From positions 187,789 through 251,788 of the forward strand of contig NMRA01000157.1 in assembly GCA_002633005.1 (NCBI GenBank): DNA of 64,000 nt, read 5' to 3'. The notes beneath the pieces were generated by a model. That model was not told the origin of the DNA. It made no database searches and saw only the letters and a program-made list of their open reading frames with translations. This stretch comes from Phoronis australis. Lineage: Eukaryota; Animalia; Phoronida. Positions 13,336 through 24,797 of this stretch are shown here, piece by piece. The position numbers and the translations under genes were made by a program. Every line of letters begins with the position of its first letter. The first letter of the stretch is position 1.

Positions 13336-16300
13336 TAGTTGAGTCGAAAAATGGCTCTCCGTGCATCCCCCGGACTTCAACTTTTAAGTTGCATTTTTGC
13401 AAAGAAAAATATGTGTGAAAACCAAAAAAGATGTTAACAAGCCGAAAAAGTGCCCCACGTGCGTTTTTATGCAAATTAGTGGCGCCATTACCGATTTTTC
13501 GTTATTTGATGATATCTCACTTTCTTGTTCTTGTAAATGAACAAATCAAGTGTCAAAACCGATATTTTGAGGGTCACGCATTACGATGTAATAATTTTCT
13601 TCCTAATCTATTACATCTAATTTGCATTATACGGTTACTAACAATCACTACTACACTGAAAGTTTACATAAGCCAATATAAACAATGCAACTTTCAGTGT
13701 TTATATAATCAGCTCTTTAACGAGCCAAATTTCAACAAATGTTTTAAATATGTCAAGGAAAAAAACGCGGGGAAATAGCTGTAGAATTATGGACAATCAT
13801 TAGGTGTAGATGTCACTGATTACATGTTCTAACACTCCATGTCACTTTCATTGCTTTCCGTGAACTTCCTTACAACCCCCCACTTTCCTCTTCTGTGTCC
13901 ACTTCACAAACATTGGTGAGCAAGAAATCAATCAGTAAGTTTGGTAAAATAGGACAACACGACCACACAGGTTGTAATACTCTTCCATCAGTCCGCATCC
14001 ACACTTGTCCTTCGTCACAAGGTTTTGGCTTCTCATTTATGGGTTCGCAAGCACGCTTGTACAGGGTGATACGGTGATTTACTCGTTGGATGTGAGGGAA
14101 GTCGAGCATGGTCAATCTTGGCGTTTTGAGGAATTCATCTTCACCAACCCTTTGACGTAACATCTTGGCACGAGTAGCATCTATCGATGACTCACGACTC
14201 TGACCGTAAATGAGGCAGTAGAATTCTTCCAACTTACCTCCCAATCAACGTCACGTTGCCTGAATGCACGTTGAAATTTTTTTATTCTTTTCTAGCTTTT
14301 TAAGGGGGCCAACATTTTCTTTACGTTTAAACGCACTGGTGCTGTCTCCTCCAGTGTATACATAAAATCCGAGTAGAGCCTCACAGTAGTATTTTCCCAA
14401 GGATTTTGCTAGGTCGGAGAGATTCAGTAGTCGCCCCAGAATCTGTGTCTAGATATAAAGTCAACTTTATAGCATGCCAGCAGCAAAATGACAGACATCA
14501 GTGTCAGGGATCCTGACGACGTCGTTTCTGTACCCAAGTGAGGCAGCGTACTGGAGGTACAAAAGAATCCTTAAGTCCGGCTCTTGTTGTTTACTGTAGA
14601 TATGTGGGATCTCCTGAGTATGAACCGGAACATCAAATCACTTTTATTTTTACATTATGACATCGCAAATTAGTAAAGTAAGAAATAATCAGAAAGTTCT
14701 GTTCAGAAAAAGATTATAGACTTCATCGCCATCGGATGCCCGTCTACAATCAGGATGGCCATCTCGGTTTTCTTCTACCTGGAAACTGCCTTCTCACCAC
14801 TCCAGACTTACAGTAACAGTTGGCAGAGTTGCTTTTTGTTGTCATCGTTTGCAAGAAAAGTTTTGAAGTCATACGGCTGGTGTGTAGCTGGTCCACCCAA
14901 AATTATTTTCTCTGAACTGCCACGTCACAACTGCTCCTGGGCTTTGATAGATTCAGGGTAGTAACTGTCAGTTGAGAACAAGAAGTGCTTCTTCGAAACC
15001 GTTTGATCAAATACTTGTAAACAGACATTACCACATGTTGGAGGGAGATTAGCTAACGTGGGGAGAAGAGCAAAACCATCTTGGATGAACAGAACATCCT
15101 CAGGACAATGAAAGTCTTCTGGCACGATGTCGTTCAGAAGATAATGCGAAATGGAGGCTTTGTTGGCCTTGGAAAAAATACCTGGTGTTCCAAGAATAGG
15201 GGCACAGGTATCAGACATTACTTCACGAGTTCTAGCATGTTCAATAGCTCACCCAGTGTCTGGGATTTAACGGATTGTTCTAAAAACCCCTTCGATCCCC
15301 ACAACCCCCTCGACCCACAACCCCCACGACCCACAACCCCCACGACCCACAACCTGCGGTAATGAATTCTGCACTTTTTATACATTTCATAATCGTATTA
15401 CGTCTCGGGGTGACTATTTCATAGGACTTACCTACACGAGAATCTGATCTAGTTCACGTTTGGTGGTTAAAACAGAAAGTGGCGTAAGAGCAGGATGTGA
15501 TATAGCGTATTGTGAGCGTGTTATTGTTGCCATGGTAATAGTTCCACGAGTAGCTACCAATGGCCTTGTTCTACTAAACGGAGATAGTATGTTAACGTGA
15601 ATGCATATCATTTCACATTTTTATTATTTGTTTTCTGTTGTATACTCGTTTACATTATACTACATGAAACGTTGAGATACTTTTTAGTTAACAGTTTGTT
15701 TTTCAAAATGTATTTACTGAAGAAATTACAATTTCGTGTGTTCCTCACACTCTCCCAAAAAATTTGAATCTGCCATAAACTGAAGAGCAGACGATACGAT
15801 TACACTCTTCGGGAACGACATTTGTAACGTTGGTAGGTCTTTGATATGATTTGGTCGCGTTTTTTTCTGCTTTTGGCTTTCAAACTTGCCCAAATCGACT
15901 TTCTTAATTGCAAAAAATACAGGGGAAAGCCAGCCGAGCCCATGGCCAGACTAGATGGTCCTGTTAGTCAGCGCTTGTTCTATGTTCAGATCGAATCGAG
16001 CTTGTTTAAACTGGGTCGAGGAGATCGTGGGTCGAGGGGATCGTCAGTGGCGTGCGAATCGAGGGGTTTTTAGAATAATCCGAATTTAACAAGGAACGGT
16101 GAATCTGGAACAGTTCTCGGCTTGATACTGGGCAACCTACAACCAAACGATATACCTCACACGCTTGTGGAGAAATGAAATGAAAATTTAAATAAAAAGA
16201 CGTCACTTAATACGTTAATTCGTCTTAGCTCAGCTATTATTACCTTTCCTTGTGAAGATGGTTGCCATACTTGGTTTCAGTTTTGCTGCAGAAAATGCAC

Positions 16301-17310
16301 TCGTGGGAAAACGAGCACGATGGTGCACGATATTGATAGTTTATGGGGGGAATGGTGTACCTGGGAGCTTCGTGCCTCTGGGCCTTCAGTGTCCCCCAAG
16401 CGGTGAAATTTGGCAGTGAAGTGTTAATAGCTTTGTCTGTGATAACACATTTTCTAATTCACTTGGAAGAACAGAAAGAATCTGATCACACACGGACTGC
16501 ATACAATGAGGAGGATCATATGGCTGTTGGAGACGTTTGTCCCGAATTTCATGAAGCTTTTGAAGTTTTTCGCTTGCTGTTCCTTTGACATTGCTTAAGA
16601 TTGTAAAGTCGCCATGTTCATTTATAGAGTCTTGTTTTCTTATATGGATGATTTTTGCATTTTCTTGGATAATTGCCTTAATTTCGAACGCAGTCCAAAT
16701 TTCCCTGTCCCCAGCATTGGATTCGCACTGATTGACATACATTGGTATATTTTGATGTTAGTTTGTATTCAAGGTGTGTTTTACTTCTAAAGCTTTGCAC
16801 TGCAATGTTAAAGTTTGTTTTCATGGATGGGTCAATATCAGTCCTGAATTTGGATACAAATAGACGATTTTCATGCCTCACACAGTACTTCTGCTCTATG
16901 TGTTGAGTGTTTTGTACCTGTACCATGTATAAAATAGCTTGCATGACTTACTTGTAGTCGTCATTTTTCTGTTTCTGGTAACAAAGGACGTTATTATATC
17001 CGAAAATTTCAGTTGATCCATTCTTGTTGTTTTATTTACCGATTTACTTGTAGTTCTAATGTAACGTTTGACCCACCAAACATATGTCCAGACACTTAGT
17101 TATTTCAGTTATATGAAATAGTTTGCAACATATTGCGAAGTAACGCAAAATCGGTAATGGCGGCACTAATTTGCATAAAAAACATACGTGAGACATTTTT
17201 TCGGCTTGTTAACATCATTTTTCCGTTTCCACACATATTTTCTTTCGTAAAAATTCAACTTAAAAGTTGAAGTCCGGGGGGTGCACGGGGGCCATTTTTC
17301 GACTAGACTA
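13336..17310 (-). mobile_element. Academ (AcademX-type, XPG/PIN nuclease) DNA transposon relic, internally deleted
   Basis: ~170-bp TIRs beginning TAG(T/C)..AGTCGAAAAATGGC and ending CTA; 3-bp TSD CAG/CTG (CAG in duplicate copy); frameshifted minus-strand motifs SKQQEPDLRILLY..VRIPDTDV, ALLGFYVYTGGDSTSAFK, LEEFYCLIYG, HIQRVNHRITLYK, LQPVWS. Confidence 0.8.
15272..16081. mobile_element. Mutator-like MITE nested in the Academ transposase
   Basis: TIRs GGATTGTTCTAAAAACCCC / GGGGTTTTTAGAATAATCC with subterminal CGACCCAC repeats; 9-bp TSD GGATTTAAC/GAATTTAAC. Confidence 0.8.
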
Positions 17311-20300
17311 CTGGGCTAAGAATCGTTATCCGATGAATACCTATGTACACAGACGTTCTCTTGTACTACACAAGGTTGATTGCATTCAATTCAACTGACA
17401 TTACAATAGTCGCGTTCCAAGGATCGTCATGAAAAAATGCTTGAAATGCTATTCCCAAAAACTGTTGTTCACATTGCTGGGTAAAGAATTGTTATCAGAT
17501 TTCTGTGTTTTTGCTTCTTTGACCCCGTTATCCTCAGAAATTTCAGGCAATATTTCCAATTTCTATTTATTATTATTACTGAGACCATGGAATAGTAAAT
17601 TCATAACACAAACTATTTCACTGTCGAGCAGCTTCTATAACCTTTAAAATACGACAAAAATGAGATTTCATGTTAAAATTTGACACTGATTTTGAGCGAA
17701 AACTGGTGTGCTCGACTTTTAAACTATTTATCAGAGTAGGAATTGTTTTAACTACATTTTAGTAATATAACATAAGCAAGTAAACTACAACGCATAGTAC
17801 GATCCAAGTCCGTGACATAGGGTGTATCACCCATTTATGGCTTTTTGTCTGGTCTGAAGTGCACTGCACTCTTAAGATAGGAAACTGGCTGGTTTTCTAA
17901 TCGGAATGTGTAAATGAATGAGCTTATGAAAAACTTTCGTTCATTGCACTGTAGTCATGATTTGAATAAAAAAATGAAAAGAGAAAACAAGAAATTGCGG
18001 TTTTAATATGAGTGTGCCGTCTATATTTGTCCTTTTATCCGTTTTATTCATAAAATGTACTTAGTCGGCACGCATCTGCTTGCAAATTTTATAATGAACA
18101 CGCGGTTTACTGCGTGGATGGGCGGACACAGGTATCGCTGACCGGTGTTTAGTAGCTTTCGGTGCGACGAGAGGCTGAAGACTGGTTCGAGTTAATCACT
18201 TTATTAACTTCGGCCGCACGTACTCAAGTCTGCTCAAACAAAACGTTCTACGTAATGTCTGTTCTATGCTCCAGCTAGTGCTGCAAAACCTTGACCAGGG
18301 GTGGATCCAGGATTTTGAGTTGGGGGGCGGAGCAGGAATTTGCCCGTCAGACACTTTCACCTCGAATTACCAAATTTAATCTGGGAGAATTTTAGGGGGA
18401 GCCATGGGCCCCTTGGCCCCCTCTAAATCCGCCACTGCTAAAAACCAAAAAAAATCATACATGGGAGGGGAGAAACCCCCTCGCGACCTTCTTTCCGCGC
18501 GAATCCCACGCCCCCTCCTTACTGAAAACGTAGATCTGCCACTGGTAAATAGTCGTATTTACCACTCGGTGTACATGTATAAATAATCAACCCGTTCTCG
18601 AAATCATCTACGTCATCTAGTGAATATGAATGTTTATTGGCGTAAGAATGAGTAGGCCCTGCGTATTACTGATCAACAGTTTTGACAGACTAGAAAGGCG
18701 TGGCAACAGCCAACCTGATTTAGTTCACGAAAAGATTACAGAATATTCTGTACAATGCAATATGACGGAATTTCAAATCAGCAAATGTTTTGGGAAAGCC
18801 CATATAAAAAATAACATGTACTTGCTCGAAGAAACTTTAATGTAACAAATTCCAAATACAGAATAGAATTTAGTCAAGTACCCTGCACTTCTAGTTGTGC
18901 TCTAGTATTTTTGAGCATTGAGTTTCGTTGATGACATTTCAGGTCCTTTAACACAACGCTCCGAATACGTATTGTCCCTGCTGAAGCAACGGAGGGAAGC
19001 TGTGACATGCAGATTGAATTTTGAATTTTGTAGAACATGTAAAAGTCATCGGAGGCACAGTTCTATCAGTGTNATGTCCAGGCACTTGGTTCTTTCAGTT
19101 ATATGAAATAGTTGGCGATATATTGCGAAGTAACGCAAAATCGGTAATGGCGGCACTAATTTGCATAAAAAACACGTGGGACACTTTTTTGGCTTGTTAA
19201 CATCATTTTTCCGTTTCCACACATATTTTCCTTCATAAAAATTCAACTTAGAAGTTGAAGTCCGGGGGGTGCACGGGGGCCATTTTTCAACTAGACTACA
19301 GGGTTAAGAATCGTTATCCGATGAATACCTATGTACACAGACGTTCTCTTGTACTACACAAGGTTGGTTGCATTCAATTCAACTGACATTACAATAGTCG
19401 CGTTCCAAGGATCGTCATGAAAAAATGCTTGAAATGCTATTCCCAAAAACTGTTGTTCACAATGCTGGGTAAAGAATTGTTATCAGGTTTCTGTGTTTTT
19501 GCTTCTTTGACCCCGTTATCCTCAGAAATTTCAGGCAATATTTCCAATTTCTATTTATTATTATTACTGAGACCATGGAATAGTTAATTCATAACACAAA
19601 CTATTTTACTGTCCAGCAGCTTCTCTAACCTTCAAAATACCACAAAAAATGAGATTTCGTGTTAAAATTTGACACTGATTTTGAGCGAAAACTGGTGTGC
19701 TCGACTTTTAAACTATTTATCAGAGTAGAAATAGTTTAAACTACATGTTAGTAATATAACATAAGTAAGTAAACTACAACGCATAGTATGATCCAAGTCC
19801 GTGACATAGGGTGTATCACCCATTTATGGCTTTTTGTCTGGTCTGAAGTGCACTGCACTCTTAAGATAGGGAACTGGTTGGTTTTCTCATCGGAATGTGT
19901 GAATGAATAAGCTTATGAAAAACTAACGTTCATTGCACTTTAGTCATGATATGAATAAACAAATGAAAAGAGAAAACAAGAAATTGCGGTTTTAATATGG
20001 GTATGCGTCTATATTGGTCTTTTTACCCGTTTTATTCATAAAATGTACTTAGTCGGCACGCATCTGCTTGCAAATTTTATAATGAACACGCGGTTTACTG
20101 CGTGGATGGGCGGACACAGGTTTCGCTGACCGGTGTTTAGTAGCTTTCGGTGCGACGAGAGACTGAAGACTGGTTCGAGTTAATCACTTTATTAACTTCG
20201 GCCGCACGTACTCAAGTCTGCTCAAACAAAACGTTCTACGTAATGTCTGTTCTATGCTCCAGCTAGTGCTGCAAAACCTTGACCAGGGGCGGATCCAGGA

Positions 20301-21060
20301 TTTTGAGTTGGGGGGCGGAGCAGGAATTTGCCCGTCAGACACTTTCACCTCGAATTACCAAATTTAATCTGGGAGAATTTTAGGGGGAGCCATGGGCCCC
20401 TTGGCCCCCTCTAAATCCGCCACTGCTAAAAACCAAAAAAAATCATACATGGGAGGGGAGAAACCCCCTCGCGACCTTCTTTCCGCGCGAATCCCACGCC
20501 CCCTCCTTACTGAAAACGTAGATCTGCCACTGGTAAATAGTCGTATTTACCACTCGGTGTACATGTATAAATAATCAACCCGTTCTCGAAATCATCTACG
20601 TCATCTAGTGAATATGAATGTTTATTGGCGTAAGAATGAGTAGGCCCTGCGTATTACTGATCAACAGTTTTGACAGACTAGAAAGGCGTGGCAACAGCCA
20701 ACCTGATTTAGTTCACGAAAAGATTACAGAATATTCTGTACAATGCAATATGACGGAATTTCAAATCAGCAAATGTTTTGGGAAAGCCCATATAAAAAAT
20801 AACATGTACTTGCTCGAAGAAACTTTAATGTAACAAATTCCAAATACAGAATAGAATTTAGTCAAGTACCCTGCACTTCTAGTTGTGCTCTAGTATTTTT
20901 GAGCATTGAGTTTCGTTGATGACATTTCAGGTCCTTTAACACAACGCTCCGAATACGTATTGTCCCTGCTGAAGCAACGGAGGGAAGCTGTGACATGCAG
21001 ATTGAATTTTGAATTTTGTAGAACATGTAAAAGTCATCGGAGGCACAGTTCTATCAGTGT
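17084..21060. repeat. ~1.99-kb tandem duplication (17084-19072 vs 19074-21060) joined by a single N; probable haplotype/assembly overlap
   Basis: Near-identical copies; N at 19073 lies exactly at the junction. Confidence 0.85.
18296..18437 (+). mobile_element. MITE family B, right copy (duplicated again at 20284-20425)
   Basis: CAGGGGTGGATCC...AATCCGCCACTG followed by CTAAA. Confidence 0.85.
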
Positions 21061-21335
21061 TAAAAAGGTTTCCAAATAAACTGAATATTATATTCTTTAG
21101 CTGGTTTTAAGTTCCGGTGTTACCAGGCCTCTTTTCTCCGTTCCATAGACTCGAGACGCAAGACCACTGAAAGACTCCGCGAGATACCGCCAAGTGTTAC
21201 TAGCGAAGTACATAATAACCACGCTAGTTTTACTCACAAAATTCTGGCGTCTTTTCGGAACGCAGTCTGGAGCTCACTTAGCTAGCACTACGTCGACAAA
21301 TATCTGTGTTCTTTCTTTCCGAGCGGAGGCATCGG

Positions 21336-21907
21336 CTAGACCGGTGTACTTCCAGTTGCTGATTGCTCACGCACGTGCAGTTTGGGTTGAGTTAAAAAGA
21401 CCTCAACAACTGTTTCACATGACCTTCGTCTACCTGGAGTGACCGACCGCTGAGCATTACACTTGCTCAAACGTTCGACCGCCGTTCTGGAAACACGGCT
21501 TGGTGGCGCCGACTTAGCTTGCCTCAACGATCTGACTGCTGCTCTGGGCACACCACGCGTTGGTAGCGTCGGTTTGCATGTAGACTGCCATAATGGTTTG
21601 GACGCGGCTCTGGAAATGCGCGACCGTGGCACCAAAGTAAGCAGCTTACGGGTGTTCTTCTTCGACCTGAAGACTCCTGAAGATTTGCCAGTAGACTTTT
21701 TGGAAATTGTCTTTTTCCTCAGCTGGGAAATTGTCACAGGCTTAAGTTGGCGCATGTGCTTTATGATAGTTGGAATGTCTTGGATGATAAAAAGAACACC
21801 AAAAACAGCGATGAGAAACCAGAGTACGACTGCCGGATATTGTGCTCCCTCAGCTTCGTCTGGCTTCCTGTGAGCTTGCAAGATTACCGGTTTAATTTTC
21901 ACAGCGG
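21336..21907 (-). CDS. Gene 1 terminal exon: transmembrane helix and Arg/Lys-rich cytoplasmic tail
   Basis: Acceptor GTCTGCTTTTCAG, phase 1; YPAVVLWFLIAVFGVLFIIQDIPT TM; open to TAG; paralogous to 38584-39056. Confidence 0.8.
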
Positions 21908-23087
21908 CTGAAAAGCAGACAGGGTTGAATGTAAACAAACCAAAAAATGAACGTTTTAAATTTCCAGAAGGATTTTTCACTAGTAGTCTAGAAACATTTT
22001 CTCTCGTAAATGAGGAAGACTTAGGCCTACTTATGGTCGGACCAGTGTTTGGATAGAAAGAGAACCTCCTGATGTCCGGAAGTGCTAAGGCTAAAAATAA
22101 CTCCAACAGGGAAAGGTAGAAAAATCGCGAAATTTGACAACTGTCATGACAAGTGAGTTAGTTATTCTATGAACACTGCTCTGCTATCACTTGCAGAAAT
22201 AGTGAGAAAACGCCAAAAATGTGTTTCTGATTTCCCAAATATGGGGAAAGGAAAGGTGTCAGTACTTTTATTTTAATAAAAGTGTAAATTAAGAAGCTTC
22301 TGCCTTATTACAAAAAACCGGCGTCAGTCCTAGGGTACACGCCAACGGTTTAACCAAGACAATTTGTAATGGAAGAGCTTTCATTCTGTAAATAAGCCGC
22401 GACATAATTTGCATTGAAGTTATATACCGGGATAGCAATAATGACGGCGCATTTTAACGTATCACGTTTAACAATGTACTCTAGCTCTCTTTCTCTACAC
22501 CAAATCATTCATATTCGCGCTCACCGTGGCTGCATTTTCCGTCTCTCTTCATAAAAATATGCCAAATGCTGATACCATGCAAAAACGTCGGATTAAACTT
22601 GCCTAAACTTTTTCCTTGTGACCCAAAGTCTCCTTTGGATCTATAGGATCTTATAGATGTCTGTTTTAGTTTGGCTGTCAGATTTGCGGTTCTCGCATTC
22701 TCTCAACTGTTGTAAGAGTAATTCGATTTTTGTATTTGAAGGATTAGTGTATCCTATTTAATCGAGGTCCAATATTTGTCTTGTACCTGCACCCAAAATT
22801 TCTCCAAATTTCTGCGAAATGGCCCAGTACACATTTTCGAAGTATTCCAGTAAGGGTTTGAATCGCCATGACAATACGCTAAAACTAAAACTAAACTACG
22901 AGAAAAACAGTCACAAGGGTGGGCGGCCAATGAATTTGGTGTTGACTGAAAATGTGTGTAGCAATTTACCACAAAAAAGTGATTCTACGTTCTCTGTTTC
23001 ATAACATGTTAGTAGATATCATTTAATCAAAAATTCTTCAAAGAACAACCTTGGTTCCTCTACCTGATGAAACATGATACACATTAC

Positions 23088-24476
23088 CTGCTGATTCGCA
23101 TTCATGCTCATGACCAGAACTACCACGGCATTTATCACCCACGGTGGCCGACGAATTCGCAATATTTTTCACTTTTCGGAGTTGTAGGCCAAGTGGCATT
23201 CCATAACTTTCGTGAGAGCTTGTTCCGTATAACCAAGCAGCGAACTTAACTGATGGTGAGGTGTGACGAAGTCTGTGACTAAATCCGCCAGAAACTTTGA
23301 CATGTCCCGCCGTGAAAGTAGTACCCGGCACCCTCTTCCAGTCACACACACACACTTGCTTCCCATCTAATTCCAGACCAATTTTTTCTGAATCTTCTAT
23401 TATTACGAGAAGGTAATTGGTGTAGGCGTGTCCTCCTGTTTCAGCACTTGAAGAAGTTGGCGTGGAGAAGCTGTAGTTGCCACTGTATTGCTCCACTGAC
23501 GGTATGAGCAACATGGACGGATCAGATAGCTCGTCGCAGCTTCTTTGACTGACAACCATCTGGACGACCAAGACAGGGGCACTGGCAACGATGTAGTGAT
23601 TTGTGGACGAAGGAAGCAAGTACTCAGAAAATTGTCCTGCCTTTGCGATCGTGGTGTTTGCCTGCCCGTTTATTTTAACAACGGTATTGTCTTGGCTAGC
23701 AACTATGCGGAAGACGTCACCTGTTGTTCGATGAGGTATGGCTTGAGTAGCAAATCGGGTCCCATAAGATTTCACTGGTGGAAGTTGTTCTACCAAATGA
23801 TCTCTAGTTTCACTACCAACTCCTACGTTTGTGTGCACGTTTCCACTAAAAACACTTATTTTTTGGTTACTTGTGATGTGTGTTCCTGTTAAATCACCCG
23901 TACTCTGGATTTGCAAGGTGTCGAAACGGTTGAACTCGACCATAAATGTTTCGCCATTTTGATAGGTTGTACCGTTGTAATCAACATGTAACTCATTTGC
24001 CGGATTTGACAGACGAATGCTAACCAGAGATCCGTTATATTGGCCAATGATCCCAAATTGCGTGAAGGTTTCAGGTGCAGGCGAGTAAGAAACGGTGTAA
24101 TAGCTTGTTCCTTGCAGATGAGTTGGAAGAGCTAAGAACCCGTCGTTGGAAAGCACCTCCTTGTTTAGACCGTAAACAGAAATGTCATTGGTTGCTTCAA
24201 TTAAAAGTGCCTTTGTCGACACGCTGGAGCCTGTCATTCTGAACGCATTGTCAATCAAAAATCGCTTGACTTCTCTTTTCTTTAAGGTAGCATTGAGGTT
24301 GACGTAAGGAGTGTTCCATCTTGGTGAGGTCACTTTGACGAAGGTCTGCTGTCCTCTGATCGGGGTCACATAAAGCTCCAGGGGAAAATTTTTAAGACTT
24401 CCAGTAACTTTGTTTGCCATGTACATGACAAGGAACTCTGTGCTACAGTTGTCAGCTCTCACGTCATCGTGGTTTT
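23088..24476 (-). CDS. Gene 1 main exon: IgGFc-binding protein N-terminal-like domain
   Basis: 1389-nt symmetric phase-1 exon (acceptor TTGTGTTTCACAG, donor GTAATG); motifs DN..TEFLVMYM.N, DGFLALPT..GT.Y, DLTGT.ITS..KISVFSG, DHLVEQLPPV..YG..F, DPSM..IPS.EQY, F...LYG....SYG.P.G. Confidence 0.9.
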
Positions 24477-24560
24477 CTGTGAAACACAATAAATAGCCAC
24501 TAATATGTTCATGGACAACACGTTTTAGGCTACTGTAAAGATCTTCCTTTGCCAATATAC

Positions 24561-24621
24561 CAGTGCGGAGATACAGTGCCTGCTGTTTCTAATACTGTCC
24601 ATAACTGGAAGTCTTATTTTT
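24561..24621 (-). CDS. Gene 1 candidate exon 2 (phase 0 to 1) with in-frame TAG at 24589-24591
   Basis: Acceptor TTTTTCACTTTAG and donor GTATAT; phases bridge exon 1 and the main exon but the frame contains a stop. Confidence 0.35.
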
Positions 24622-24725
24622 CTAAAGTGAAAAAGTACTAATTGATAGTATATCTATACAAACGATAGCCTTGGAAGGTTCCGACTTGCAGTGTGCCAAA
24701 ACATCTACAGATTTCATGTAATTAC

Positions 24726-24797
24726 CACCAAAATGTAGGCTAAACAGCAGCAGCTGAGACAGTCAAAACTGAAGAGACGAGTCCGTAGCTCTGCCAT
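24726..24797 (-). CDS. Gene 1 candidate first coding exon (signal-peptide-like MAELRTRLFSFDCLSCCCLAYILV)
   Basis: ATG, hydrophobic stretch, GTAATT donor; CCAAT boxes upstream (~24915, ~24970). Confidence 0.45.

Larger units (their letters stand above)
10675..18544 (+). mobile_element. MITE family A copy split into left half (10675-10783) and right half (18438-18544) by a 7.65-kb insert
   Basis: TIRs CAGAGGCAGGTCTACG / CGTAGATCTGCCACTG; 5-bp TSD GTAAA at 10670-10674 and 18545-18549; halves join to match the intact copy at 27690-27922. Confidence 0.8.

Noticed and set aside
18404-20833. Duplicated identical small ORFs (60 and 71 aa)
   Set aside because: They overlap MITE sequence inside a probably artefactual duplication
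23038-24555. 505-aa ORF as a complete single-exon gene
   Set aside because: It starts at a TTG and both ends run into intron; splice sites at 24476 and 23088 define the exon
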